From assembly GCA_963762255.1 (NCBI GenBank), contig CAVXKA010000002.1:672001-736000 (forward strand): 64,000 bases of DNA, written 5' to 3'. A program made the position numbers and the translations under genes. Under the pieces are notes generated by a model that saw only the letters and a list, made by a program, of their open reading frames with translations, was not told the DNA's origin and ran no database searches. Shown in pieces: positions 53,197 through 63,157 of this stretch (position 1 is the stretch's first letter; each line of letters opens with the position of its first letter). Source of the DNA: Candidatus Eiseniibacteriota bacterium (GTDB taxonomy: Bacteria > Eisenbacteria > RBG-16-71-46 > JABDJR01).

Positions 53197-54330
53197 TCAA
53201 GTCCCGGCCGCTGCCGCCAATGCCCCCTGCCGAGCCTGCACGAGGCGGAAGAAATCCCAGGTCATGAACACGTACGGGGATTCCTCGCCGCCGCGATCCT
53301 GCGGGTGCCAGACGAGGCCGAGGTGGATGTTGCGGCGCGGATGGAGCAGCAAACCCAACCCGGTACCCATGTCCTCGCGAAACGTGGCGGTGACGGAGGC
53401 GCCCAGGTAGTTCTGGCCCGAGTCGCCGGTGTAGCGCAGGTGGCCGAGCAGCTCCAGGTTCACGACCCCCTTCCCGCGGATGTCCTGCCAAGTGAGGGTG
53501 GAGAGCTCAACGCCCAACCCCGGGTGTAGCAGAATCCACTGGGCCCGGGGCGGGTGCAGGGCGTCGAAGGAGAGGACGACGCCGTTAACCAGCGATTCCC
53601 AGGGGTACTGCGAGTAGCCGCTGGTGAGGTAGTTCTCCCAGCGGGCGTCCGCGGCGACGATCTCGTGCAAGGCTACATCCTTGACGGGCAGAAGGAAGTC
53701 GTCCAGCACCGCCGCCACGGCGTCGCCGCGCAGACGCAGATCGAGTGCGGTCTCCGGCTCCACCAGCAGTCGGATACTGTCATCATCGGTGTATTCCCAC
53801 ACCGTGAACCTGTCAGTCGAGCCAGAAAAGTAGCTCAACCCTTCGAGCGGCTTGTCCGGAAGCAACGACCTATTGTTGTACCGCAGGCTGCCAGACATGA
53901 CGCTGCGGCGCTTGAGCGTCAGCTTCTGAGCCGGGCCACCGGTGGCCGCGACCGCGGCCGCGAAGTCGGTCACCACGGAATCGAAGTGGGCAGCGAATGC
54001 GGCGAAGATCGCGGGGTCAGCCTGGCTGGGGGCTGTGCCGTCGCGGTAGCGATCGGCAAGGGCCCGCAAAATGGCCAGGTAGTCATCGCGGGCGAGTTCA
54101 TCCGCGAACTCCGCAAGGATCTGCGTGCGGTAACGGGGATCCTGGTCCACGTGCGCTGCCTGCGCCCAATCCGCCACAGGGGCCGCCCAATACTGTGGCA
54201 GCAAGTCGCTCTCCGCGACGACGGTCGCCGCGTGGGTGGCGAAAGGCACGACCACTAAGAGCGCGAGCAGGAGAGCGACCCGCACGGCGCGGATCGCTTT
54301 GACATCCAACGTCATCACGCGTCCAGCCAC
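53197..54330 (-). CDS. Secreted hypothetical protein, helical N-terminal half and beta-strand-rich C-terminal half
   Basis: GGAGGGAG RBS and GTG start; signal peptide ALLLALLVVVPFATHA; 16 bp downstream of the hydrolase gene. Confidence 0.75.
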   Translation of the reverse strand: MAGRVMTLDVKAIRAVRVALLLALLVVVPFATHAATVVAESDLLPQYWAAPVADWAQAAHVDQDPRYRTQILAEFADELARDDYLAILRALADRYRDGTAPSQADPAIFAAFAAHFDSVVTDFAAAVAATGGPAQKLTLKRRSVMSGSLRYNNRSLLPDKPLEGLSYFSGSTDRFTVWEYTDDDSIRLLVEPETALDLRLRGDAVAAVLDDFLLPVKDVALHEIVAADARWENYLTSGYSQYPWESLVNGVVLSFDALHPPRAQWILLHPGLGVELSTLTWQDIRGKGVVNLELLGHLRYTGDSGQNYLGASVTATFREDMGTGLGLLLHPRRNIHLGLVWHPQDRGGEESPYVFMTWDFFRLVQARQGALAAAAGT

Positions 54331-54346
54331 AGTCTCCCTCCTCGAC

Positions 54347-55420
54347 TCAGGGCCGGTTCTCGATTACGCGCTTGATCTCCTCAATGATCTTGCGCGCCTG
54401 CGCCAGGACCTTGAATAGCTGCTCGAGTGACGAGTCTTCCGCAAGCTGGCCAAGAAGCGCACGCAGTTCAGCCAGTTGATCCTGCAACGCCGGGATCGGC
54501 GCGAAGTCGCCGCCGAACTGCGGGTAGCTTGCGCTGTCCACAGCCGCGCGCATCTGGGCGCGGGTGATCGCGCTGCCACCCATGACGCGGTTGAGCAGCG
54601 GGATGTGGACCCTCGGATGGTCGAGATAGTGCGTGAGCCCGTGGATGTTCCACTGGCGGTAGTGAAAGAGATCCTCGTGGAGAAAGTAACGCCCTTGAAA
54701 GTGCACGGGAGCGAAGCGGCGCACGACGAGGCAGGGATCCAGTTCGTGTCGGAAATCGAAGAACGCGGAGCACAGCGAACTCTTGCTCTCATTGGGCCCG
54801 GGGCGCACGAACGAGTCGTAGGCGGGGAAATCCGTCTGCAGCAGCCGACTGACGTTGGCGAGCATGAAGATGCTGTCAAGTCGAGCTTGCGGCGGCCGGA
54901 ACGGTCCGGCCCCGCCCAGCGGCTGGGTGGCCATCACCTGCAGAGCGTCGTGCGCGACCGCGGTTCCGAGGCTATGCGCCAGGACGGTGCAGCGGCCGAG
55001 GTCCCAGCCGGCATGATCCTTGACGCCCTGGACAATCTGCCGCACGACCGAGGCGCGGATGCGCTCCTGGTAGAGATTGAAAAAGCGGTAGATCACCACG
55101 TCGGCCAGGTGCGACCAGAAGAACGGCGGGTGTTCGGCGGCGATGCCATCGAGCCAGCCGAGAGTGCCGCCTAGCTTGATCTGCTGCTGCGACGCGAACT
55201 GCGACACCGCGCCCGCACCATCCTGCCACTGCTTGAGGACGTTGCACAGGATGTCGTCGTAGTTGACCGGCACGACCGTCACGTCGGCCGGCCAGCCCGA
55301 GTCCTTGAACGTGGGGTAGCGCCGACTGATCTCGTCGAGCTTCTGCTTGACCTCGTCGAGCCAGGTATCGGCTTCATGCACTCCCATACCGTGGACGACG
55401 AAGAGCACATGTCGGGCCAT
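54347..55420 (-). CDS. Alpha/beta-hydrolase (lipase-like)
   Basis: Oxyanion motif VVHGMG, nucleophile elbow LAHSLGT, C-terminal amphipathic helix. GGGAGG RBS. Confidence 0.8.
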   Translation of the reverse strand: MARHVLFVVHGMGVHEADTWLDEVKQKLDEISRRYPTFKDSGWPADVTVVPVNYDDILCNVLKQWQDGAGAVSQFASQQQIKLGGTLGWLDGIAAEHPPFFWSHLADVVIYRFFNLYQERIRASVVRQIVQGVKDHAGWDLGRCTVLAHSLGTAVAHDALQVMATQPLGGAGPFRPPQARLDSIFMLANVSRLLQTDFPAYDSFVRPGPNESKSSLCSAFFDFRHELDPCLVVRRFAPVHFQGRYFLHEDLFHYRQWNIHGLTHYLDHPRVHIPLLNRVMGGSAITRAQMRAAVDSASYPQFGGDFAPIPALQDQLAELRALLGQLAEDSSLEQLFKVLAQARKIIEEIKRVIENRP

Positions 55421-55485
55421 AACACCTCCCTCGCACGCTGTTGACCGTCGAGAGGTCGATTCACGGTGCGGGAGCTATTAAGCGA

Positions 55486-55515
55486 AGCATAGGGAAATCC
55501 CCAAAACGCTGTCAA
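55486..55515 (-). promoter_or_regulatory. Sigma70-like promoter for the hydrolase and secreted-protein pair
   Basis: TTGACA-N18-TATGCT on the minus strand. The spacer contains the inverted repeat GGGA-AA-TCCC. Confidence 0.6.
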
Positions 55516-55705
55516 TCACAAGACCCACGTGCCAAGTTGTCGACGGCGGCGGGTCGGTAACCGGTCGAACCGGTGTCATTTCTCCGGATCCGTCAAGGGT
55601 GGGGTAGAATCCCCTACGCGTTCCTGCGACTCGCGGACCCTGCTGCGGCGCGCCTGGTGCGTTCACTTGCGGGGACCGACCAACCCCCGACACGGAGGAC
55701 GCGTC

Positions 55706-57844
55706 ATGCGTATCGATCCATCCTTCGTCATCCTCGAATCCGGCCAGAACGTGGAGGATGCGCTCGGCGCCGTACCTCCGGGTGGATCCGTCCACTACGT
55801 TGTCATCCGACGCGAGTTGGGCGACAGCGTCTTCTGGTACACGATCCGCGTCGACGCCTTCCTGCGGCGGATCGCGAACCACCCCGTAAGGCAGCCGATC
55901 GAGGTCGCACTCGAGCTCCATGAACGCGACGCTGTCCCGGTCCATCCCGAGGGCGCGACGGAGGGCGACAGCTACCGTCCTGGCGCGGTAGTGATAAGCC
56001 CTCGTGGTCGCGTGATGGGTGTTCTGGAGATGGTGTACCTCGCGCCGCCACCCACTGCCGAGGCGCCGCGGAGAAACCGCAGGTTCCGCGACCTCTTGAG
56101 GTTTGGTCGGCCCAAGGAGAGGCGGGGCGAAGCAGGGGCGCCTCCCGATGAATCCGTGCACGCTCCCGGAGAGTACATGGATGCCGGCCCGAAGGCGATG
56201 CCGCCGGCGGCCGACGAGCGTCCAGCGACCACTGCAGCCCCTCCCCCCACCACACCGACCGCTCCCGAGAAGCGGGCGTTCCAGGCATGGCCCGACCTCG
56301 GCGCGCCGGTCGTGGTAGAGGAACACCAAATCTTCGATCTCGTCATTGGCTTTGCGCGAAGCGCGCGTGCGGACGTGTCCGGCGGTCCGGTGGTGCTCGA
56401 CTTGGCCCCGCCCGAGTTCGACCTTCACATCCAGGTGGCCGCGGCGGGATTCGACGCCCCGGAGGGCTGGACCCGCATGCTGCACGTGGTGCGCGACAAT
56501 CCATGGTCGGCGCACGTGACGGTGGAGCTCGTGGCCACCGACGGCATCGCAAGGAGCGAGGTGCGCTCGATCACGGTCCTGTTTCACTTCGAGGGGCAGC
56601 TATGTGGTCAGGCGCGTCGCAAGGTGGTCGTGGTGCCGCAGGGCACGGCCATCGACTCCGCGACGCCGATGGCGGCGGACGTTGCGGCGAAGCCCAGTAC
56701 CACGGGTGTGCCGGTGAGGGTGAAGCCGGGGCTCAGGGCCCCCGACCTTACCGCCACCATCCAGCTCACCACCGGGCGCGCCTCGCGCGAGGTCTTCCTC
56801 TGGACGTTTGAATCCCCGCACTCCGTCGCACTGCCTGAGACGCCGGCGACCACCGAATTCGATACCGGCGTCGGCGCTTACGTGGACAGCGTGCTGCAGC
56901 AACTGGTAGCTCTCTCAGGCGAGCCGACCGCGGATAATCAGATGCGCGGGATAGGTCGGCAAATCGCGCGTCGCATGCCGGCGGCCTTCTGGTCGGTGTT
57001 GAAACAGGTGAGCCAGATCACCGCCGGCGCGGGCCGCGCCCCAGACGTGCTGCTCGTGACCGAAGAGACCCGCCTGCCCTGGGAGCTGGCGTGGATGCCC
57101 GAACCGCTCGATCCAGCACGCGCGGCGCACCTCGGGGCGCAGGTCAATCTCGGCCGCTGGATCCTCGGAGACTCCGGCCCCGCACTTCCTCCCGAGGATC
57201 GGCTGCCTTACCGCAACATCGTCGTGGTAGTGGGAAACTACCCGAAGGGCGCCGGGGTGGCGGCGCTGCCCGACGCGGTGGCCGAAGCCGACTGGCTGAA
57301 GCAGAAGGAGCAGTCACGCGCCACAGTAATCGAGATGGAGGGCACCGAACTTGACTCATTCCTCGAGGGCGAGGTGCCGGTCGCGGGCTGCGAGTTGATC
57401 CACTTTGCCTGTCACGGCCGCTCGAAGACGGGCGCGCCCGCGGAGACCCACCTCGTGATGCAGGGCGGGCAGACGTTTACGCCGCAGGTACTCGAGGGCT
57501 CGGAGATCGGCGCCAAGTGGGCTCCGCTTCTGTTCCTGAACGCGTGCGAGGTGGGCCGCGCGGGCGTGGCGCTCGGCGAGACCGCGGGCTTTGCGGGCGC
57601 CGCGCTTTACCAAGGATGCCGCGCGTTTGTTGGCCCGCTGTGGCAGGTGCAGAGCGACGTCGCGCGCGAGATAGCCGAAGCGTTCTACACGGGCGCGCTT
57701 GCCGGCGAGCCGATCGCGGCGGTGTTGCGCGACATCCGCGCGAAGTACATCTACAGCGGTCCCGGCAGTCCGCCGTCTCCCGACACGTATCTCGCCTATG
57801 TCTACTACGGCCATCCTGCGCTCCGACTGGAGTGCCAGCCCTGA
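55706..57844 (+). CDS. CHAT (caspase-like) protease with CBS-like N-terminus, Pro-rich linker and Ig-like (TCAD7-like) middle domain
   Basis: Motifs LPWEL, IHFACHG, LFLNACEVG, FVGPLW and AYVYYG. GGAGG RBS. Confidence 0.88.
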   Translation: MRIDPSFVILESGQNVEDALGAVPPGGSVHYVVIRRELGDSVFWYTIRVDAFLRRIANHPVRQPIEVALELHERDAVPVHPEGATEGDSYRPGAVVISPRGRVMGVLEMVYLAPPPTAEAPRRNRRFRDLLRFGRPKERRGEAGAPPDESVHAPGEYMDAGPKAMPPAADERPATTAAPPPTTPTAPEKRAFQAWPDLGAPVVVEEHQIFDLVIGFARSARADVSGGPVVLDLAPPEFDLHIQVAAAGFDAPEGWTRMLHVVRDNPWSAHVTVELVATDGIARSEVRSITVLFHFEGQLCGQARRKVVVVPQGTAIDSATPMAADVAAKPSTTGVPVRVKPGLRAPDLTATIQLTTGRASREVFLWTFESPHSVALPETPATTEFDTGVGAYVDSVLQQLVALSGEPTADNQMRGIGRQIARRMPAAFWSVLKQVSQITAGAGRAPDVLLVTEETRLPWELAWMPEPLDPARAAHLGAQVNLGRWILGDSGPALPPEDRLPYRNIVVVVGNYPKGAGVAALPDAVAEADWLKQKEQSRATVIEMEGTELDSFLEGEVPVAGCELIHFACHGRSKTGAPAETHLVMQGGQTFTPQVLEGSEIGAKWAPLLFLNACEVGRAGVALGETAGFAGAALYQGCRAFVGPLWQVQSDVAREIAEAFYTGALAGEPIAAVLRDIRAKYIYSGPGSPPSPDTYLAYVYYGHPALRLECQP

Positions 57845-57860
57845 ACGAGGAGGAACTTCC

Positions 57861-59375
57861 ATGAGTGAATTCGAGCTTCTCTCCGGCGCATCCCCGATCG
57901 AGCTGGGCCCAGGCTGGACGCTGCGCGCTCCGGGCTTCTCCGGGCGCGGCGCATTCGAGCTGGCGGCACGCGGCGCGCGCCGCGCACCGGGGAGCCCGGA
58001 CCTCGGGTTGCTCGACGATGTGGTTGCCCGGCTGGCGATGACCGAGCGCGCCGTCGCCGTGCTCGATCTCGAGCCGGAGCCTGCGACGGATCCCTGGCGA
58101 CGCGGGATCGGCCAGGAGCCACCCGCCATTGAGTTCGAGACGCCCGAGCCTCCAGAGGGGTTCGAGCAGGTGATTCTGGCGGTGGACGAGGGCTCGATTG
58201 TCTCGTGGCACATTGGCGAGACACACGTCGCAACCGATGACCGCCGCGGTGCGACCGCCATGCGTCACTACCGCGTGCCGGCACGTAGGGTCTCGCCCAC
58301 CCCACCCGGCGCGGACCGGCGCGGGCTGTTCTCGGTGATCGCTCGGAAGGTGCTCAAGGTGCTGGTGTTCCCCATCACGGATTTCGTGGTGGGGGAAATC
58401 GGTCGCGGCGTGGCGCGCCTGTGGGAGAGCGGCCACGCCCCCTATGGGGTGCGCACCTTCGAGCCTGGCAACTTCAAGGCTGCGAACGTGGGCGCGTTCG
58501 GCGACCCTGACTGGCGGAGGATCGCCGGGGGCCCTGCGCTGCTCTTCGTCCACGGCACATTCAGTACCGCGCATGGCTGCTTCAGCCGCATGAACCCGCA
58601 GGCCCTTGCCGAGCTAGGCACCCGCTATGGCGGACGGACGTTCGCGTTCAACCACTGGACGCTGTCGCACGACCCACGTGAGAACGTGAAATGGCTGATC
58701 GGGCAGATTCCGCAGGGGCCTGCGCTTGATGTGGACATCGTCTGCCACAGCCGTGGCGGGCTGGTCGCCCGCACACTCGCGCATGCACTCGACGAGCTGG
58801 GGGGAGCGGGCCGAGTGCGGGTGGGACGCATCGTGTTCGTCGCCACCCCCAACGACGGAACGCGGCTAGCACAGGCCGACCACATGGTGAACATGCTTGA
58901 CCGCTATACGAACGTGGTGCAGTTCCTTCCCGACGGCCCGATCGAGATCGTGCTGGAAGGCGTGGTGACGGCGGTGAAGACGCTGGCCCACGCGGGTCTC
59001 AGCCACCTGCCCGGGCTCGCGGCGCAGGATCCCGGTAGCCGGTTCCTCGATTGGCTACGTGAGAAAGACACGGCCGGCACCGAGTACTACGCGCTAGCCG
59101 CTGACTGGGAGCCGAACGTCGGTCCGCTGTGGGACCTTGTGAAGCAGGAGATCGCGGACCGGATCATGGATGGCGTGTTCCAGAACGAGAAGAACGACCT
59201 GGTTGTGCCGACGCTCGGCGTCGGCCAAGCGCTGCGCGGGAAAGGGTTCCCCGTGGAGAATGCGCGGCAATTCACGTTTCCGCCGAACGCGGGCGTCACG
59301 CACACCAGCTTCTTCGGCGATCCATCGACCGCCGACCGCCTGCTCGAGTGGCTCACGCCGCGCGGCGGATCTTGA
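57861..59375 (+). CDS. Alpha/beta-hydrolase (PGAP1/lipase-like) with extra N-terminal domain
   Basis: Motifs LFVHGTFS, CHSRGGL, ATPNDGT, NDLVVP and H(TSFF). GAGGAGG RBS; 16 bp after the CHAT gene. Confidence 0.88.
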   Translation: MSEFELLSGASPIELGPGWTLRAPGFSGRGAFELAARGARRAPGSPDLGLLDDVVARLAMTERAVAVLDLEPEPATDPWRRGIGQEPPAIEFETPEPPEGFEQVILAVDEGSIVSWHIGETHVATDDRRGATAMRHYRVPARRVSPTPPGADRRGLFSVIARKVLKVLVFPITDFVVGEIGRGVARLWESGHAPYGVRTFEPGNFKAANVGAFGDPDWRRIAGGPALLFVHGTFSTAHGCFSRMNPQALAELGTRYGGRTFAFNHWTLSHDPRENVKWLIGQIPQGPALDVDIVCHSRGGLVARTLAHALDELGGAGRVRVGRIVFVATPNDGTRLAQADHMVNMLDRYTNVVQFLPDGPIEIVLEGVVTAVKTLAHAGLSHLPGLAAQDPGSRFLDWLREKDTAGTEYYALAADWEPNVGPLWDLVKQEIADRIMDGVFQNEKNDLVVPTLGVGQALRGKGFPVENARQFTFPPNAGVTHTSFFGDPSTADRLLEWLTPRGGS

Positions 59376-59500
59376 ACGGGGCGGAGGAGCGCCCGAGGGT
59401 CTGTGGCCGCCGTGACACTCGCCTCACCGACCGCGGCGAGGACGCGATAGAATCCCACACGCGCTCAGCCTCCTTCCAGCCGCAAACCGGAGTTGCCAAC

Positions 59501-62500
59501 ATGCCCGAGCAAACGACTCTTCACATCCGCGAACGTGCCGCCGGTCCGGGGAGGCACGCTATCGGGCTCACCTTACAGCGTCCCGGGCAGGCGGATATCG
59601 GGGCGGAGGCGAACATCGAATTCGCGCTCACCCCGCAGGAGCACGAGGAGCTGCGCTGGTATCTGGAGGACTACCTGCTGCGGCCGGAGGCGATCCAAGA
59701 GGTTCAAATCGAGCAGATCGAAGCATGGATGCAACGATGGGGCAAAGAATTGTACACGAAGGTCCTGGCTGCCAACATGAACACACAGGCCATCTGGTTT
59801 GCGGTGCGCGAACAGTTGGCCAACCTGCGAGTTGAAATCTCTGCGGGCATCGCGGAAGCCGCTTCCATTCCTTGGGAGCTGATGCGGGATCCCCAGTCCG
59901 ACTCACCCATCGCCCTTCGTGTTCGATCGTTCGTGCGCGTCCAGTCGAACCCAAACCTCAGTTTCGTCCCCGTGCCATCGGCCGACGAAGGACGCATCCG
60001 CCTGCTGTACGTCGTATGCCGGCCAGCCGGGATTGAAGACGTTGAGCTGCGGGTTGTGGCCAACCGGCTCTTGCAGGATGCAGGCAAGGATCTCACTCGC
60101 TTCGACATCACCGCCCTCCGGCCACCCACGTTCGAGCAACTGCAAAGAGTGCTGAGCGACGCCAATACCGCCGGGCGCCCGTACCACATCGTCCACTTCG
60201 ATGGGCACGGCGTCTACGAGGACCTGAGCAAGACCCCCCTGGCTGACTGGTTGAGAGCCATCAACGCCCTGACGCTGGGAGGCAGTAGGGCGGGCAAGCA
60301 CGGCTACCTACTGTTCGAACATCCCAGCAGCGAGCACAAGATGCGCCCCGTGACTGGGGACGAACTTGGCAAGTTGCTCCACGACACGGGCGTGCCCGTA
60401 CTGGTGCTGAACGCCTGCCAATCCGCCATGCACCAAGCCGGGACTGATCCGGACGGGGCGGGCCTGGCCAGCAACGCCCACGATGAAATCCGGGCCATCG
60501 GTTCGCTGACCCAAGCCGTCATCGACCAGGGTATCCCTGCCGTCCTCGGCATGCGATACAGCGTCTTTGTCGTCACCGCGGCCCAGTACGTTGGCCAGCT
60601 CTACGCCGCATTGGCCAAAGGCCGCCCCTTCGGCGAGGCGGCCAGCGAGGCTCGCAAGCACCTGGCTCGCAACCCGGACCGATGGATAGGTCTGCAGCCT
60701 CGCCCGCTGCAGGATTGGTTTGTCCCGGTAGTCTACGAAGCAGCCCCGATCCGGCTGCTGCCGCAAGAGACGGCTTTCGAAGGCGGCGAGCAGCCGGAAC
60801 TCGACCCAGTCCAGAATGACCCTTCACTGCTGCGCTACGTGCCCGACACCGGCTTCGTCGGCCGCGACGAAACGCTGCTGATGCTCGACCGCGCCTTCGA
60901 CGCCCACCCTGTTGTGCTACTGCACGCCTATGCCGGGCAGGGCAAGACCGCCACCGCAGTTGAATTCGCCCGCTGGTATGCCCGAACAGGCGGCCTCGGC
61001 CCGCGGCCTCTTGTTCTGTTCACTTCCTTCGAGCATCCCATCGACCTCGACGATGTCTTGAACCAGATCGGGCAGCGCACCGTCCAGGACTGGAGCGCGA
61101 TCAACGAGAGTCACGAGAAGCGCTCACGTGTAGTCCAACTGCTCCGGCAAGTTCCCTTGCTGTGGATCTGGGACAACGTGGAACCCGTCGCTGGCTTCCC
61201 GGCCGGGACCGAATCCGCCCGAGCGCCAGAGGAACAGGCCGAGCTGGCCGCCTTCTTGAAGCAGGTCAAGCTGGACCCGGCTACAAGAGCCAAGATCCTG
61301 CTGACCAGTCGCCGGGACGAGCAAGCGTGGCTGGGCGGCATCCCGCACCGGGTTCCCATGCCCCACATGACCGCTGCGGACGCCGCCCACTTGGCGGTGC
61401 AAATCGGTGCCGAACGGGAGCTGGACCGAAGCCAAGTCGCGCAGTGGCAACCTCTGCTGGACTACTGTGCCGGCAATCCGCTGACGCTGCGGATCATCGC
61501 TGGACAGGCTGTGCAGTTGGGCCTGCGAGACCGGGATCAGGTTGCAGCCTTCATCCAGGCGGTGCGAGACGGCGAGCAGCGCATCGAAGACGTCAACACA
61601 GCCGAGGGCCGGGACCGTTCGCTGGGCGCCTCGCTCGACTACGGCTTCCGCAACACCTTTGAGGCTAATGAGCTGTCCATCATCGCCCTGCTGCACCTAT
61701 TCCAGGGCACCGTGGATGTGGATACCCTCGCGTCGATGGGCGAAGCGAGCGACCATGCCCTGCCCGAACTCGAGGAGAGGACCAAGGAACACCTGACGAG
61801 CGTGCTCGACCGGGCACGGGACACCGGCCTGCTGACCTATCTGGGCGGAACGTCCTATGGAATCCACCCGGCTCTACCATGGTTCCTCCGTCAGTTGTTC
61901 GCCCAGCATTACGACGGACAGCAAGGCCGCTCGACCGCCACCCTCCGGGCTTGGGTCGAGGCCGTTGGCGCAATGGGCGAGCAGTACCAACGGCAGTTCA
62001 GCCGAGGCAACCAAGACGTCATCCAAAACCTCGCCTTGGAAGAAGCCAACCTGCTGCACGCCCGTCGCACCGCTCGCCGCCACGGTTGGTGGCAATCCGT
62101 GATTGCCGCCATGCAGGGCCTGCGAACCCTCTGCAAGTACCAAGGCCGGACGTCCGAATGGTCCCGGTTGGTGGCGGAAATCACCCCCGACTACTGCACC
62201 CTCGACGACGCCCCCATGCCCGGCCGTGAAGGTGAATTCACCGTGGTCATGAGCTACCGAGTTGACCTGGCCCAGGGACACTACCGAGACCTCGCCCAAG
62301 CTGCCTCCCTGCAGGCGAAAGTGACGGCCTGGGACCGCCAGCAAGCCGCCCCCGTCCTCGCCCTCCCCAACGACACCCCCCTGGACCCCTACCAGCGCCA
62401 CCTTGTCCACACCTTAGGCGCCAGCGTGTTCGCCCTTGCCCAAATCCTCATGGAGCAGGGCAACCCGGACTGCGTAGCAGCGTACGAGGAATCCATTCAG

Positions 62501-63157
62501 CATATGCAGCGAATCCAGGACACATCCACTGAAGCCATTGCTCACTACAACCTCGGACACGCCTTCATGGAAGTCCCCGCCATCCGCGACCTAGACGCCG
62601 CCGAGACCGCCTACCAGCGAAGCATGGCCTTGCGAGACACGATGGATGCCTTGGGTCGTTCCGCGAGCATCAAGCAGGTCGGTATGGTCCACCATGCAAG
62701 ATTCTCCGAATCCCGTCGGCGACAAGAGCCGGTGGCGACCATGCGGAAGCACGCCCAGGCAGCGGAGCAGCACTACCACCGGGCTCTCGCACTCTGCCCC
62801 CCCACCGCTCTCCCCCACCTAGGCCCCTTCCACCACCAGTTGGGCCTTCTCTACAGGAACGTCGGCCTGACCGAGCAAGCCCGAGAGCACTACGAGAAGG
62901 CCGTCCAGTACTTCGAGCGCACCGGCAACCGCCACAGTGCAGGCAAGACTCGCTTCAACATCGCCATCATGTACCTCAGCGCTGCGGAACGAGAGACCAC
63001 CGCGTCCCGTCAGATAGACCTCCTGCGCCGCGCGCAGGCCTACGCCCAGGCCGCCCTGCGCGACTTCAAGCACTACCAAGGCCGCGCCAGCGCAGAGGAA
63101 ACCGGAGCCCAGCGTCTCATCGACCATATCGCCGAAGCCCTCGATCAGCACACTTAG
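59501..63157 (+). CDS. CHAT-STAND(NB-ARC-like)-TPR protein, NLR-like protease (1218 aa)
   Basis: CHAT motifs IPWEL, VHFDGHG and VLNAC. NTPase motifs FVGR, Walker A YAGQGKT, Walker B IWDNVE, LTSR and GNPL. C-terminal TPRs. Confidence 0.9.
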   Translation: MPEQTTLHIRERAAGPGRHAIGLTLQRPGQADIGAEANIEFALTPQEHEELRWYLEDYLLRPEAIQEVQIEQIEAWMQRWGKELYTKVLAANMNTQAIWFAVREQLANLRVEISAGIAEAASIPWELMRDPQSDSPIALRVRSFVRVQSNPNLSFVPVPSADEGRIRLLYVVCRPAGIEDVELRVVANRLLQDAGKDLTRFDITALRPPTFEQLQRVLSDANTAGRPYHIVHFDGHGVYEDLSKTPLADWLRAINALTLGGSRAGKHGYLLFEHPSSEHKMRPVTGDELGKLLHDTGVPVLVLNACQSAMHQAGTDPDGAGLASNAHDEIRAIGSLTQAVIDQGIPAVLGMRYSVFVVTAAQYVGQLYAALAKGRPFGEAASEARKHLARNPDRWIGLQPRPLQDWFVPVVYEAAPIRLLPQETAFEGGEQPELDPVQNDPSLLRYVPDTGFVGRDETLLMLDRAFDAHPVVLLHAYAGQGKTATAVEFARWYARTGGLGPRPLVLFTSFEHPIDLDDVLNQIGQRTVQDWSAINESHEKRSRVVQLLRQVPLLWIWDNVEPVAGFPAGTESARAPEEQAELAAFLKQVKLDPATRAKILLTSRRDEQAWLGGIPHRVPMPHMTAADAAHLAVQIGAERELDRSQVAQWQPLLDYCAGNPLTLRIIAGQAVQLGLRDRDQVAAFIQAVRDGEQRIEDVNTAEGRDRSLGASLDYGFRNTFEANELSIIALLHLFQGTVDVDTLASMGEASDHALPELEERTKEHLTSVLDRARDTGLLTYLGGTSYGIHPALPWFLRQLFAQHYDGQQGRSTATLRAWVEAVGAMGEQYQRQFSRGNQDVIQNLALEEANLLHARRTARRHGWWQSVIAAMQGLRTLCKYQGRTSEWSRLVAEITPDYCTLDDAPMPGREGEFTVVMSYRVDLAQGHYRDLAQAASLQAKVTAWDRQQAAPVLALPNDTPLDPYQRHLVHTLGASVFALAQILMEQGNPDCVAAYEESIQHMQRIQDTSTEAIAHYNLGHAFMEVPAIRDLDAAETAYQRSMALRDTMDALGRSASIKQVGMVHHARFSESRRRQEPVATMRKHAQAAEQHYHRALALCPPTALPHLGPFHHQLGLLYRNVGLTEQAREHYEKAVQYFERTGNRHSAGKTRFNIAIMYLSAAERETTASRQIDLLRRAQAYAQAALRDFKHYQGRASAEETGAQRLIDHIAEALDQHT

